Shown piece by piece: positions 1 to 10,511 of a stretch of DNA of 64,000 nucleotides. Origin of the DNA: Omnitrophica bacterium RIFCSPLOWO2_12_FULL_50_11 (lineage in GTDB: Bacteria; Omnitrophota; Omnitrophia; Omnitrophales; Danuiimicrobiaceae). The stretch's first letter is position 1; every line of letters begins with the position of its first letter. Under the pieces are notes generated by a model. It was given only the letters and a program-made list of their open reading frames with translations, did not search any database and was not told the DNA's origin. Both the position numbers and the translations under genes were made by a program. The stretch lies in contig MHFT01000050.1 of NCBI GenBank assembly GCA_001804315.1, positions 4,600 to 68,599 on the forward strand, read 5' to 3'.

Positions 1-945
1 CGGCACTTTGCGAGCGATCTGACCGTTCAGTACCGTTGGCTGGGCGCGTTGTTTGGCTTCTTCGGAGGTCTCGGAGTTGTCCTCGTTGATTTGTACTTCA
101 AGCGTCTGAGTGTCCGGAACATTCTTTCCATCCTGCTGGGAGCTTCCCTAGGGCTTTGGTTTAATTATTTACTCATGGGCGTCTTAGGCTACGTCCTGCC
201 GGAAACGGACATCCAACAGATTGGCATCGTAACGTCGCTCCTGTTTGCCTACTTGGGCGCGATTACGATTTTGCGCGGGCAGGATGAATTTAGTGTCATG
301 ATTCCTTTCGTCAAATTGTCGGCAAAAGGCGCCAAGGAAGATATCGTCCTGCTCGACACGAGCGTCATCATCGATGGACGCGTCGCGGATATTGCCGAAA
401 CCCAATTTCTCGGCGGGAAACTTTTTCTGCCGCGTTTTGTTTTAAAGGAGCTCCAGCTGATCGCGGACTCCTCCGACCCGCTGAAGCGGAATCGGGGCCG
501 GCGGGGACTCGATATTTTGAATCGGATGAAAAAAAGCCCAGCGGTCGAAATCAGGGTTCATGAAGCAGAGTATACAGATGTGACCACAGTTGATGCGAAA
601 CTGGTTCGGCTAGCGCAAGAGCTGGGGGGAAAACTTTTAACGAATGACTACAATCTGAATAAAGTCGCTGAGCTCCAGGGTGTCAAAGTGCTCAATATCA
701 ACGAACTGGCAAATGCCGTCAAGCCGATCGTCATTCCCGGTGAGATGATGCAGGTCCGAATTTTGAAAGAAGGTAAAGAACATGAGCAAGGAGTCGGCTA
801 TCTAGATGATGGAACGATGGTGGTGGTCGACAACGGGCGCCGTCGGATTGGGCAGACGGTTGCAGTCACGATTACGAGTGTTCTCCAAACGCAAGCTGGG
901 AGAATGATTTTTGCAAAACCAAGCGATGAATCAGCAGTTCATTAG
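1..945 (+). CDS. PIN + TRAM domain membrane protein (YacL-like). The reading frame is open to the window start, so the gene may be 5'-partial; ORF-track start is a TTG at 49
   Basis: N-terminal hydrophobic helices, PIN-like core ([12 protein letters not shown]...), C-terminal TRAM-like beta region. Sits upstream of ispDF-gltX-cysS, as yacL does in Bacillus. Confidence 0.55.
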   Translation, partial: RHFASDLTVQYRWLGALFGFFGGLGVVLVDLYFKRLSVRNILSILLGASLGLWFNYLLMGVLGYVLPETDIQQIGIVTSLLFAYLGAITILRGQDEFSVMIPFVKLSAKGAKEDIVLLDTSVIIDGRVADIAETQFLGGKLFLPRFVLKELQLIADSSDPLKRNRGRRGLDILNRMKKSPAVEIRVHEAEYTDVTTVDAKLVRLAQELGGKLLTNDYNLNKVAELQGVKVLNINELANAVKPIVIPGEMMQVRILKEGKEHEQGVGYLDDGTMVVVDNGRRRIGQTVAVTITSVLQTQAGRMIFAKPSDESAVH

Positions 946-2134
946 CGTTATTGTCCCTGCGGCGGGGTCAAGTCGTCGGTTTCGGACTGGGCAGGTCCAG
1001 GACGGCGGATCCAAGATCTACGCGACTCTAGCCCGTGTGCCATTAATCGCACACGTTTTAGGTGTGTTCGACACCGTTCCTTCGGTGCGTGAGCTGCTCG
1101 TTGCACTGAACCGTGGGGACAAAAAGCGTTTTGAGCATGAAATTCTGTCTTTGAAACGGTTCCGGAAACCCCTCATCATCGTAGAGGGCGGAGCGACGCG
1201 GGCCGAGTCTGTTTTCAAGTGTCTCACGCGCGTCTCAGGGGCGAGCACACACGTATGTGTGCACGACGCCGTTCGTCCGCTCGTTGAGAAAGCGTGGGTC
1301 ACTGAGTTAATACGGTGTCTTGATGGTTACGACGGCATCGTGCTGGGCCGCCGCGTGGTACCGACCATCAAAGTGATTCGTCCGAACAAGGGAGAAATCG
1401 CGCGTACGCTTGACCGGACTCACTTGTTTGAAGCGCAAACGCCGCAGCTGTTTCCAAAGAAAGTTTTACTCAGGGCCTATCAGCTCTTGGGGCGACGAGC
1501 ATTTCATGCGACAGACGACGCTTCGTTGGTTGAGGCGGCTGGAGGACGTCTCAAGACCTTGACACATTCGAATTCCAATTTGAAAGTGACAACGTACCAA
1601 GATTTGGTCATGATTCGGAGTATTCTCGAAGAGACAGGTTCCCCCCGGCCGGCTTTCCGATTCGGGCTTGGGTTTGACCGGCATCGACTGGTTCTCAACC
1701 GCCCTTTTTACCTGGGTGGCGTACAAATTAATTCTACGGTCGGGCCTTTGGGGCATTCGGATGGGGACCCGCTGCTTCATGCGGTGACGGATGGAATCCT
1801 GGGCGCGATCGGTGCCGGCGACATTGGTGACTTTTTTCCCGATACGAGTCCGAGGTGGAAGAATGTGAGAAGCGATCGCTTCCTGAAGAAGGCGGTTGAA
1901 CTGGCTTCGAGACGAAAGTTTCAACCGTTTCAGGTGGATGCTACCATTTTTTTAGATCGTCCCAAATTGGGACCTGCAAAGAAAAAGATTCAGACACGAC
2001 TTTCCAAATTGCTTTCCATCCCGCTCGATCGTGTGGGTGTGAAAGCAAAAACGGCGGAAGGATCAGGTCCTGAAAGATTTGACACCGCCGTCTGGTGCCA
2101 TGCCTTAGTCGTTCTCAGTCCCGTCGATTCATGA
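911..2134 (+). CDS. ispDF: Bifunctional 2-C-methyl-D-erythritol 4-phosphate cytidylyltransferase / 2-C-methyl-D-erythritol 2,4-cyclodiphosphate synthase (IspDF). An alternative start ATG lies at 926
   Basis: N-terminal IspD motif [14 protein letters not shown]; C-terminal IspF motifs [12 protein letters not shown] and [19 protein letters not shown]. Stop TGA at 2132-2134 lies inside the left arm (ATGATCCCCC) of a repeat. Confidence 0.85.
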   Translation: MQNQAMNQQFISVIVPAAGSSRRFRTGQVQDGGSKIYATLARVPLIAHVLGVFDTVPSVRELLVALNRGDKKRFEHEILSLKRFRKPLIIVEGGATRAESVFKCLTRVSGASTHVCVHDAVRPLVEKAWVTELIRCLDGYDGIVLGRRVVPTIKVIRPNKGEIARTLDRTHLFEAQTPQLFPKKVLLRAYQLLGRRAFHATDDASLVEAAGGRLKTLTHSNSNLKVTTYQDLVMIRSILEETGSPRPAFRFGLGFDRHRLVLNRPFYLGGVQINSTVGPLGHSDGDPLLHAVTDGILGAIGAGDIGDFFPDTSPRWKNVRSDRFLKKAVELASRRKFQPFQVDATIFLDRPKLGPAKKKIQTRLSKLLSIPLDRVGVKAKTAEGSGPERFDTAVWCHALVVLSPVDS

Positions 2135-2276
2135 TCCCCCGCCACTTTCTAGTTTTTTTGATTGACGGCATGGTTAATGTCATTTGTTTCATTTCGGTAC
2201 GCTGGCTCACTTCCAAGAAAAGAAGTGGGGGTGATCCCCCACCACCTGGTTTCTTGCGTACGAGTGGTGGGGGATG
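2131..2276. repeat. Composite family-A element between ispDF and gltX. Outer imperfect arms ATGATCCCCCGCCACTT / AAGTGGGGGTGATC; inner perfect hairpin GATCCCCCACCAC - 18 nt - GTGGTGGGGGAT
   Basis: Left arm 2131-2147 contains the ispDF stop; inner hairpin 2233-2275 ends 1 nt into the gltX ATG (2274). Confidence 0.85.
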
Positions 2277-3746
2277 AATACGGTTCGCGTTCGCTTTGCG
2301 CCATCGCCAACAGGACTTCTTCACATTGGCAACGTGAGGACAGCCCTCTTTAATTATTTGTTTGCCCGTCACGAGCAGGGAACGTTCATTTTGCGAATCG
2401 AAGATACCGATACGGAGCGCTCCGACCCGAAGTACAGCGACGCAATCATCCGAGACCTCCAGTTGCTGGAAATCCGATCAGACGAAGGCCCTTATTACCA
2501 GTCGCAGCGGCTTGAACTCTACCAAGAAGCGTTCGAGCGGCTCGAAAAACAGGAGCGGGTTTATTTCTGTTATTGCACGCGGGAGGAACTCGAAGCCAGG
2601 CGCCGGGAAGCACGTACCATGAAGCGGCCGCCGCGCTACGACAATCGTTGCCGGATACTTTCCGACCAAGAGCGCCGGCAACGGACGGCACAAGGCATTC
2701 GACCGACGGTTCGGTTTAAAGTCGAGGTAAAGGAACCGATTTTGATTCAGGACGTGATTCGTGGCGAGGTTTCCTTTGATCCAGGAGAAATGGGAGATTT
2801 CGTGATCATGCGTCCGGATCCTCAGGGAAAGGACCGGCTCCTTCCCACTTTTCATCTCTCTGTGTGTGTCGATGACGGCTTGATGGGAATTACGCATGTC
2901 ATTCGCGGGGAAGACCACCTGTCCAATTCACCGCGGCATGTTCTTTTATTTCAAGCACTTGGTTTTCGCGCGCCCGTCTTTGCGCACCTTTCCTTAATCC
3001 ATGGGCCAGGCGGCGAACCTTTGTCCAAGCGTTACGGCGCTTTGTCTGTGAGCGATTTTGTTCATGAGCAGGGTTATCTTCCTGAGGCGATTCGAAACTA
3101 TCTTGCGCTTCTCGGCTGGTCTCCTAAAGACAATCGAGAAGTCTTTGGCAGCCGGGAGCTGGAGGAGGTCTTCGACCTGAGAAATGCGACCCGCCACCCA
3201 GCCATTTTTGCGGAGCAGAAGCTCATGTGGATCAATAGCGAGCACCTGAAGCGTTTACCGGAAGAGGATTATCTCACGCGCGCATTTGACTTTCTCCAGC
3301 GGAAGGGGGTATCCGTTGAGGACAAAGATGCAGCGTTAGAAGTACTTCTGCGGCTTCAGAAGGACATTCACCGGTTTGACGAGCTTCCCCAGCTTTTTTC
3401 GTTTCTGTGTTCTGAGCAGATCTATGAAAAAAAACTTGAGGAGATCTTTGGTTCGAGAGGCGAAGTGCACGACGTTTTGGTAAGCGGTAGGAATGTCCTC
3501 GCGTCAGCGCACTCTGTGTTGAAGCGTTTGAACTCATCCGGAGAAACCTTATTTGAGGAATTGTTTCGTGAATTGAAAAAAGAAGTTTCCGAAAAGGGCA
3601 AGAAGCTCTATTTTCCCATCCGCGCGGCGCTCACCGGTGAGACCTGCGGGATGGAACTCAAGCAGGTTTTCGTTTTGTTAGACACGACGAGGATCGTGAA
3701 AAGATTAGACATGATTCTTCGCTTAATGAAGGGGTCAGTCCCCTAA
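2274..3746 (+). CDS. gltX: Glutamyl-tRNA synthetase
   Basis: RFAPSPTGLLHIGNVRTALFNYLFAR (HIGH motif), PLSKRYG (KMSKS-like). Conserved N-terminus fixes the start at 2274, directly abutting the repeat arm GTGGTGGGGGAT. Confidence 0.9.
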   Translation: MNTVRVRFAPSPTGLLHIGNVRTALFNYLFARHEQGTFILRIEDTDTERSDPKYSDAIIRDLQLLEIRSDEGPYYQSQRLELYQEAFERLEKQERVYFCYCTREELEARRREARTMKRPPRYDNRCRILSDQERRQRTAQGIRPTVRFKVEVKEPILIQDVIRGEVSFDPGEMGDFVIMRPDPQGKDRLLPTFHLSVCVDDGLMGITHVIRGEDHLSNSPRHVLLFQALGFRAPVFAHLSLIHGPGGEPLSKRYGALSVSDFVHEQGYLPEAIRNYLALLGWSPKDNREVFGSRELEEVFDLRNATRHPAIFAEQKLMWINSEHLKRLPEEDYLTRAFDFLQRKGVSVEDKDAALEVLLRLQKDIHRFDELPQLFSFLCSEQIYEKKLEEIFGSRGEVHDVLVSGRNVLASAHSVLKRLNSSGETLFEELFRELKKEVSEKGKKLYFPIRAALTGETCGMELKQVFVLLDTTRIVKRLDMILRLMKGSVP

Positions 3747-3900
3747 AAAGGGGACAGGTTGTCCTCTCCCCCTCTCCGCCGGAGGACGGACCCACTTCCG
3801 GCAGGCGGGCAGAGGAGATGACGTTGAGCATCCCTGAAAAGGGGAGATTATAGAACTCAAGTTATGATATGACTTACCTTTACGATGTTTTGGATGTGTG

Positions 3901-3934
3901 CCGAAATAACACAATTTTCGGTACGTACCGAAAA
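3901..3934 (+). promoter_or_regulatory. Two mutually exclusive hairpins in the cysS leader (CCGAAAT...ATTTTCGG versus TTTTCGGTA-CG-TACCGAAAA). Candidate attenuator-like switch
   Basis: Overlapping alternative pairings read from sequence, about 60 nt upstream of the cysS ATG. No T-box motif seen. Confidence 0.25.
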
Positions 3935-3995
3935 TTGGCTGCATGAAAGGGACAGTCTTCTTTTTACTTTTTAGGGAAAAGATACCCTTCATTGT

Positions 3996-5459
3996 ATGAT
4001 TCGGTTTTTTAATACGCTTTCCGGGAAACTCGAAGAATTCCGCCCGCTTCACAACCATGAGGTGCGGATGTACACGTGCGGGCCAACGGTTTACGACTAT
4101 GCCCACATCGGAAATTTCAGGGCCTTTATCTTTGAGGACTTATTGCGGCGCTTTCTTGAATTTAAAGGTTTCAGCGTGAAGCACGTGATGAACATCACGG
4201 ATGTGGATGATAAAACCATTGCCGGAGCTCGTCGCGAGGGGAAAGCATTAGACGACTTTACCGGCGGCTACGTCCAAGCGTTTTTGGAAGATTTAACGAC
4301 CCTTAACATCTTGCGGGCAGCCGAGCTGCCGCGAGCGACTCGATGGATTCCCAAGATGGTTGCGCTTGTTGAAGAGCTGATTCAAAAAGGGATCGCCTAT
4401 GTCAACGACGGCTCGGTTTATTACCGAGTAAGCGCTTTCCCAACCTATGGGAAGCTGTCCAAGAAAAAGCTTGAAAAAAATATTTCCGGAGCCCGTGTGG
4501 ACGTAGACGAATATGACAAGGAAGAAGGTTCGGATTTTGCGCTTTGGAAAAAAGCAAAAGGAGGCGAACGGGCGTGGAATTCACCCTGGGGAGAAGGCCG
4601 CCCGGGCTGGCACGTGGAATGTTCGGCCATGAGCATGGAATATCTTGGCGAAACGTTTGACATCCACGCGGGGGGTGAAGATCTGATTTTCCCCCATCAT
4701 GAAAATGAAATTGCTCAATCAGAAGCAGCGACGGGCAAACCCTTTGTCCGATATTGGCTCCACTGTAAACATCTGCTCGTCAATGGTGAAAAAATGTCGA
4801 AAACGAAAGAGAATTATTACACGCTGCGCGATCTGGTTGGAAAAGGATATGACCCAATGGCGATTCGATATGCCCTTTTGTCGGTGCATTACCGAGCGCA
4901 GCTTAATTTTACGCTGGAGGGTCTCAAGGAAGCAGCCGAGGTGATTCGCCGCCTGGATGATTGTTACGCGCAATGTGTTTCGCTGAATACCAATTTGCGG
5001 GTCATGCTGGGGTCGCCCTTACTTAATCCAAATTTGGATTTGAAATCAAAACTGAATCACGTCCGTCGCGCTGTGGAATCAGCTTTTGAAGACGATCTGA
5101 ATGTTTCCAAAGCTTTGGCGAATGTGTTTGAAGGGGTGAGGGTCATTAATCGCGCCATTTCGGAGAATTTGACCGAACCGAGAAACGTACAGCCGTCGGT
5201 TGATTTTTTTAAGTTTGTGGATCAATTGTTTGGATTTGACATCGCTGCCTATGATTCGATCCCATCTCAAATCGTGAACCTAGTCATTGAACGCTGGAAA
5301 ATTCGTAACGACGCTAACTTTATGCGGGATAAAAGCTTGCAGGAAGTGTCAGACCGGTTGCGTGATCAGATTCAAGATGCAGGTGTACTCGTGAAAGACG
5401 GAAAACCGGGTGAGGCTTCGACGGTGAAAAGAAAGAGAAGAGCTTGGGATCAACCATGA
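3996..5459 (+). CDS. cysS: Cysteinyl-tRNA synthetase
   Basis: MYTCGPTVYDYAHIGNFRAF (HIGH), GEKMSKTKEN (KMSKS), zinc-binding Cys at WHVECSAM. Confidence 0.9.
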   Translation: MIRFFNTLSGKLEEFRPLHNHEVRMYTCGPTVYDYAHIGNFRAFIFEDLLRRFLEFKGFSVKHVMNITDVDDKTIAGARREGKALDDFTGGYVQAFLEDLTTLNILRAAELPRATRWIPKMVALVEELIQKGIAYVNDGSVYYRVSAFPTYGKLSKKKLEKNISGARVDVDEYDKEEGSDFALWKKAKGGERAWNSPWGEGRPGWHVECSAMSMEYLGETFDIHAGGEDLIFPHHENEIAQSEAATGKPFVRYWLHCKHLLVNGEKMSKTKENYYTLRDLVGKGYDPMAIRYALLSVHYRAQLNFTLEGLKEAAEVIRRLDDCYAQCVSLNTNLRVMLGSPLLNPNLDLKSKLNHVRRAVESAFEDDLNVSKALANVFEGVRVINRAISENLTEPRNVQPSVDFFKFVDQLFGFDIAAYDSIPSQIVNLVIERWKIRNDANFMRDKSLQEVSDRLRDQIQDAGVLVKDGKPGEASTVKRKRRAWDQP

Positions 5460-5478
5460 GACGAACGTATCCTTCGCG

Positions 5479-6117
5479 ATGAAGCGTGGGGGTTACTTGA
5501 TTACTTTTGAAGGGGGAGAAGGAAGCGGAAAAAGTTCGCAGATCCGTTTTGCGGCTTCTTATGTTCGAGGCGAAGGGCGAAAAGCGCTCGTTGTTCGTGA
5601 GCCGGGCACAACGAAAATTGGTGAGCAGGTGAGAAAAATCTTGCTCAATCCGCGCCATCTGTCCATGGCCGTTGAGACAGAACTTTTTCTTTATCTGGCA
5701 GCGCGTGCGCAGCTCGTTCGTGAAGTGATTCGCCCCGCACTTCGAAGTGGAAAGGTGGTCATTAGCGATCGGTTCGAAGATTCTACGATCGCATACCAAG
5801 GATACGCCGGTGGGTTACCGCTCGTAGGAGTGCGGGGTCGTGTTCCTCGATTCATGGAGTTTGCGCGCGGTACCTTGGTTCCGGATTTGACCTTTTTTCT
5901 TGATGTTGAAGCGAGGAAGGGACTGCGGCGGAGCGGTCGGAAAGACCGGATGGAAAGGAAATCGGTCGGGTTTCACGAGCGCTTGAGACGAGGTTATTAC
6001 GCGATTGCCAGGAAAAACCGGAAGCGTTTTGTTGTCATTCCAAGCGGGTGTTCGAAGTCAGAGGTTCGAAAACAAATTCGGGCGGTCTTAGATCGTGTCT
6101 TCAGCAGGACTCGTTGA
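5479..6117 (+). CDS. tmk: Thymidylate kinase
   Basis: P-loop ITFEGGEGSGKSSQ, DRF motif ISDRFEDSTIAYQG. Confidence 0.85.
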   Translation: MKRGGYLITFEGGEGSGKSSQIRFAASYVRGEGRKALVVREPGTTKIGEQVRKILLNPRHLSMAVETELFLYLAARAQLVREVIRPALRSGKVVISDRFEDSTIAYQGYAGGLPLVGVRGRVPRFMEFARGTLVPDLTFFLDVEARKGLRRSGRKDRMERKSVGFHERLRRGYYAIARKNRKRFVVIPSGCSKSEVRKQIRAVLDRVFSRTR

Positions 6118-7111
6118 CCAGTACCTCTTGCATCGATTAACGGGGCAGATCGAACGGAGACAATTGAGTTCGACTTATCTGTTCACGGGCCCTGAGTCCG
6201 AAAAGAACAAGCAGCTGGCAATCGCGTTCGCACAAGCACTGAATTGTCCGCGAACTGAGCGTCCCGAGGCGCTGCCGTGCGGCTGCACTGTCTGTCGAAG
6301 GATTGAAGCAGGTGTCCATCCCGATGTGATGTGGTACGGGACCGATGAGGAGTCGAACGCAATCAAAATTTCCCAGGTGCGGGAATTTCGAAGTTTGCTT
6401 GCGTTAAAGCCCTTTGAAGGAAAAGTGAAGGTGTTCATTTTTAACGGTGCCGAACGCCTATCGAGTGAGGCCCAAAACGCGCTCTTAAAGAGTCTAGAAG
6501 AACCGCCGAGAGGGAACGCGATCGTTCTTTTGGTGCCGCAAGCAAACGTCCTTTTTGACACAGTCGTTTCCCGCGCCCTTGAAATTAAAGTACCGCCTTT
6601 TAAGACGGAAGAGATTCGAAACATCCTCGTCGAAGAAGGCGCGGCGGAAAAAGAAAGCGAGTTTTTAGCTCGGATGGCTCAGGGAAAGCTCGCCCGTGCC
6701 CGAGAAGCGCTTCAGGAAGGATGGTTTCACACTAAGAATCAGTGGCTCGATTCGCTCGTCAAAAACCCAATCGCCTTTCTGGACCAATTTGGCGAGTCCT
6801 CCCGCGGTCACATTTCGGTCGTCCTCGCGTTTTTGCTTGAGTGGCTGCGGGATGTTCTCGTTTTTGAGGTTTCGGGCGAGAGTGAATTTCTGGTCCATGC
6901 GGACCGGATCCGGCTCATCGAGTCGTACGCTGAGCGTTATCCGTTTGATTCCGTCTTGGAGCTGTTCGAACGAATCGAGGAGATTCGAAAGGCACTTCGA
7001 GATTACGGAAATCAAAAACTTGCGCTCACGCAGACTCAAATCTTGTGGGGTAAAGTGGTGGGGAATGATCCCCCACCATTTATTCTCAAGAAACCAGATG
7101 GTGGGGGATGA
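6095..7111 (+). CDS. holB: DNA polymerase III delta-prime subunit
   Basis: AAA+ clamp-loader fold. LFTGPESEKNKQLAIAFAQALNC with Cys cluster CPRTERPEALPCGCTVCRR. Placed between tmk and metG as in Firmicutes. The last ~15 codons are encoded by a repeat hairpin. Confidence 0.75.
   Translation: MSSAGLVDQYLLHRLTGQIERRQLSSTYLFTGPESEKNKQLAIAFAQALNCPRTERPEALPCGCTVCRRIEAGVHPDVMWYGTDEESNAIKISQVREFRSLLALKPFEGKVKVFIFNGAERLSSEAQNALLKSLEEPPRGNAIVLLVPQANVLFDTVVSRALEIKVPPFKTEEIRNILVEEGAAEKESEFLARMAQGKLARAREALQEGWFHTKNQWLDSLVKNPIAFLDQFGESSRGHISVVLAFLLEWLRDVLVFEVSGESEFLVHADRIRLIESYAERYPFDSVLELFERIEEIRKALRDYGNQKLALTQTQILWGKVVGNDPPPFILKKPDGGG
7055..7110. repeat. Family-A element at the holB/metG junction: GTGGTGGGGAAT + GATCCCCCACCAT - 18-nt loop - ATGGTGGGGGAT
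   Basis: 12-bp stem 7068-7079/7098-7109, loop TTATTCTCAAGAAACCAG. The loop is the rc-relative of the 2246-2263 loop (both share CTGGTTTCTTG). Confidence 0.85.
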
Positions 7112-8619
7112 GTAAGCCGTTTTACATCACGACCCCGCTTTATTATGTGAATGCGAAGCCGCATATTGGCCACGCGTATACGAATATTGTATGTGATACG
7201 TTTGCACGGTTTCACCGGTTTTTGGGTGAAGAGGTGCGGTTCATGACGGGCACCGACGAACACGGCACTAAAATTGACCGGGCAGCAAAGGACCAAGGCA
7301 AAGATGCAAAGGTCTATGTCGATGAAATGGTTCCGCTTTTTCAGAGCCTTTGGAACCTCCTTGGAATCCAGTATGACTACTTCATCCGGACGACCGATGA
7401 CAACCATCACCAAATCCTTCAAAATATTTTTAAAACATTGGAAGCGAAAGGTGATATTTATCGGGGAAAATACAAAGGTTGGTATTGCACGCCGTGCGAA
7501 TCTTTTTGGACCGAAACGCAGCTTGCGGAAGGCAAGTGTCCCGACTGTCACCGCGACGTCCAGCAGCTCGCAGAGGACAATTATTTTTTCAGACTTTCCA
7601 AGTATCAGTCATGGCTCGTGGGTTACCTCCGCGACTCGCCTAGGTTTGTCTGGCCGGAAACACGCAGGAATGAAATCTTATCGTTCCTCGAACGGCCGCT
7701 TGAAGATCTTTGCATTACTCGCCCTCGCGCACGTCTGACGTGGGGGATTGCGTATCCTTCGTCGCCTGAACACGTGGTTTATGTTTGGTTTGATGCGTTG
7801 GTGAATTATGTGAGCGGTGTCGCTTACTCGAAAGACATGAAACAATTTTCTCGATTTTGGCCGGCTGATCTGCACGTCGTGGGTAAAGACATTTTACGCC
7901 AGCACGCGATTTATTGGCCGATTATGCTGAAGGCGATTGACGTCGAGATGCCGCGGACCGTTTTGGCGCACGGATGGTGGACAATTGAGGGTTCGAAAGT
8001 GTCTAAGTCGAGAGGCAATGTTGTGGACCCGTTTGAGATCGTGAAGCGTTACGGGGCAGATGCATTCCGTTACTATCTGTTGCACGAAGCGAGGCTGGGA
8101 CTCGATGGTTCCTATTCAGAGGATTTACTGGTCGAGCGCTTGAACAGTGACTTGGCGGACGACTTGGGGAACCTCGTGCTGCGGGCGACCTCGATGCTCG
8201 AGCGGTACTTTAGTGGAAGGATTCCTGACGCGACAAGCTCCGCTACTCCTCTGCGCGGGAAACTAGCGAGCATGACCGATCTGGTCAAAAACGCGATGCT
8301 CGGTTTCCAGCCTTATGCAGCACTCGACGCAATTTGGGAAGTCGTGCGCGAAGCGAATCGTTTTGTCGAGCAGAATAAGCCTTGGGTCCTCGCCAAAGAA
8401 AATAAGAAAGAAGAACTGGGCAACTTCTTAGTCGGTTTACTCGAGACGGTTCGGCTTTTGGGCTTGGTCCTCACCTCTTTTCTGCCCTCTACTGCCGAGA
8501 AGATACTGAGTTCATTGGGAATCAACGGACGACCCAGCATCCAAGACATGCAGTGGGGATCCTTAAAAGCCGGCGTGCGCGTAGAGAAGGGCGTACCTTT
8601 GTTTCCGAAAGTTGAGTAA
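7108..8619 (+). CDS. metG: Methionyl-tRNA synthetase (short form)
   Basis: FYITTPLYYVNAKPHIGHAYT (HIGH), KVSKSRGN (KMSKS), CPDCHRD zinc knuckle. ATG overlaps the holB stop (ATGA) inside a repeat arm. Confidence 0.9.
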   Translation: MSKPFYITTPLYYVNAKPHIGHAYTNIVCDTFARFHRFLGEEVRFMTGTDEHGTKIDRAAKDQGKDAKVYVDEMVPLFQSLWNLLGIQYDYFIRTTDDNHHQILQNIFKTLEAKGDIYRGKYKGWYCTPCESFWTETQLAEGKCPDCHRDVQQLAEDNYFFRLSKYQSWLVGYLRDSPRFVWPETRRNEILSFLERPLEDLCITRPRARLTWGIAYPSSPEHVVYVWFDALVNYVSGVAYSKDMKQFSRFWPADLHVVGKDILRQHAIYWPIMLKAIDVEMPRTVLAHGWWTIEGSKVSKSRGNVVDPFEIVKRYGADAFRYYLLHEARLGLDGSYSEDLLVERLNSDLADDLGNLVLRATSMLERYFSGRIPDATSSATPLRGKLASMTDLVKNAMLGFQPYAALDAIWEVVREANRFVEQNKPWVLAKENKKEELGNFLVGLLETVRLLGLVLTSFLPSTAEKILSSLGINGRPSIQDMQWGSLKAGVRVEKGVPLFPKVE

Positions 8620-9407
8620 TGGCGTTTGTCGATACGCATGTTCATCTTCATTTTCCGGAGTTTCGATCTGAAATCGAGCAGGTCGTCCAAAGGGCGCGGG
8701 ACGCCGGCGTTCGCTGTTTGATTAATGTAGGAACGGATTTGGAATCTTCCAGGAGAGCAGTGGAGGTTGCGGAGCAGTACGATTTTGTTTTTGCAACGGT
8801 TGGCATTCATCCCCATGATGCAAAAGAAGCAACGTCCCGAACATGGAACGAAATCGCCAAGCTTGCCCAACATGACAAAGTGGTTGCGATTGGCGAAGTT
8901 GGACTCGACTTTTATCGGAATCTTTCGCCCAAAGAGGTTCAGAGACAGGTGTTCATACGGTTTATGGAATTGGCAACGCGAACGGACTTGCCGCTTGTCT
9001 TACATCTTCGCGATTCGTACGAGGAGGCCGTTGAACTCTTAGAAGCTCATATGAAACCGCCTATTCGAGCGGTGAGTCACTGCTTTTCGGCAACGATGGA
9101 AATCATGCAAAAACTTGTTCGATTGGGTCTCTACATTTCATTTGCCGGACCTGTTTCATATCCAAGGAACGAGGAGCTCCGTGAAGCTCTAGCGGCGTGT
9201 CCTGAGGATCGGCTCTTGCTCGAGACGGATGCGCCGTATTTGGCGCCGCAAGCGTTCCGGGGAAAGCGCAATGAGCCGGCGTACCTCGTCGAAACAGCCC
9301 GACGGATTGCCGACGTGAGGGGAATTTCACTTGACGAATTGGCAGAACGGACTTCTCAAAACGCGGGTGCACTCTTTGGACGGCGCTTCCAGACGGATAT
9401 GGTATGA
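8619..9407 (+). CDS. tatD: TatD-family metal-dependent DNase/hydrolase
   Basis: VDTHVHLHF at N-terminus; follows metG as yabD/tatD does in Bacillus. Confidence 0.85.
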   Translation: MAFVDTHVHLHFPEFRSEIEQVVQRARDAGVRCLINVGTDLESSRRAVEVAEQYDFVFATVGIHPHDAKEATSRTWNEIAKLAQHDKVVAIGEVGLDFYRNLSPKEVQRQVFIRFMELATRTDLPLVLHLRDSYEEAVELLEAHMKPPIRAVSHCFSATMEIMQKLVRLGLYISFAGPVSYPRNEELREALAACPEDRLLLETDAPYLAPQAFRGKRNEPAYLVETARRIADVRGISLDELAERTSQNAGALFGRRFQTDMV

Positions 9408-10483
9408 AAACGATCATCGCTGAAATTAAGGAATTGTTTCGTGCCGAAAGGCTCTATTTTTACCTGCTCGTCGCTCTCGTGACGTTTTACGCGGTGATTC
9501 TGGTCGCAAGTCGAATGGCGCCGGATCAGCTTTCCCGCGCCGAACGCGGGCTCCAAATGAAGGAAGCCGTATGGAAGGAAACGCCGCAAGCGCCGCACGA
9601 GTTCCAGGCGCGATGGTCTGAGCGAGCAAAGGTTTCGTGGACGTTCAAGATTTCCAATTACCTTTTGATGGCGGCCATTGGTTTAGGAATTTGGCTGAGT
9701 TCGAAGGATCTCTATCAGTGGTATCTAAAAAAGGAAGTGATTCCCCCTTCGGCGAAATTCTTGAACATTGGATGGGGGATTTCAGAAGTGGTCAAGGTGG
9801 TGATTCTTTTCATTCTCTGCGGCACCGTCGTCAATATCGGATTCGTGATCGTCAAATTTCTGTATTTAGCTGCTGTGCCAGGTTCTATTTTAATTCTGGC
9901 TCAAGCGTTCGTATTGGACGTGATTGCTGTGTTCTTAATGGTTGGAGTCATTAGAAAACATGGTTCAGCACTCCGTGATTTACTGGGTTTTGACGTCTTG
10001 AATATTTCGCTCCGTGAAATTTGGCTGGGCGCTCGAACCTATTTTGTTATTCTCCCGATTTTTTTTGTTATGTTGATCCTTATGATCCTGGCAGCATCGT
10101 GGTTGAGGTACGAACCGCCGCCCCATCCACTGGTCGGCGTTTTTTTAAAAGAAGGACCTTTATCGCCGTGGCTGATCGCAGCTTCCATGCTGCTTGCTTG
10201 TTTCATTGGGCCTGTGGTGGAAGAGATCTTTTTTCGAGGTTTTCTCTATCCCGCTCTGCGGCGATACTGGGGCATCCCGTGGTCTATGGTGGTTACGGCT
10301 GGTTTATTCGCTGCGGTGCATGAGAATTTGTTCGCGTTTATTCCTATTTTCTTTTTGGGTCTCGTGCTCGCTTACCTTTATCAAAAACGGGATAACCTGG
10401 TTCCGTGCATATCGCTTCATGTCATGCACAACGTCGCGTTTATTACGTATTTCTTTTTAATTAAGAGCGCCCTGACAGGTTAG
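9404..10483 (+). CDS. CPBP-family intramembrane metalloprotease (CAAX protease/Abi) with a long N-terminal membrane region
   Basis: EEIFFRGFLYPALRR, AAVHENLFAF, HVMHNVAF motifs of PF02517. Multiple predicted TM helices. Confidence 0.7.
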   Translation: MKTIIAEIKELFRAERLYFYLLVALVTFYAVILVASRMAPDQLSRAERGLQMKEAVWKETPQAPHEFQARWSERAKVSWTFKISNYLLMAAIGLGIWLSSKDLYQWYLKKEVIPPSAKFLNIGWGISEVVKVVILFILCGTVVNIGFVIVKFLYLAAVPGSILILAQAFVLDVIAVFLMVGVIRKHGSALRDLLGFDVLNISLREIWLGARTYFVILPIFFVMLILMILAASWLRYEPPPHPLVGVFLKEGPLSPWLIAASMLLACFIGPVVEEIFFRGFLYPALRRYWGIPWSMVVTAGLFAAVHENLFAFIPIFFLGLVLAYLYQKRDNLVPCISLHVMHNVAFITYFFLIKSALTG

Positions 10484-10511
10484 GAAGCGCGGGCCGCTTG
10501 GGATCTAGTGG

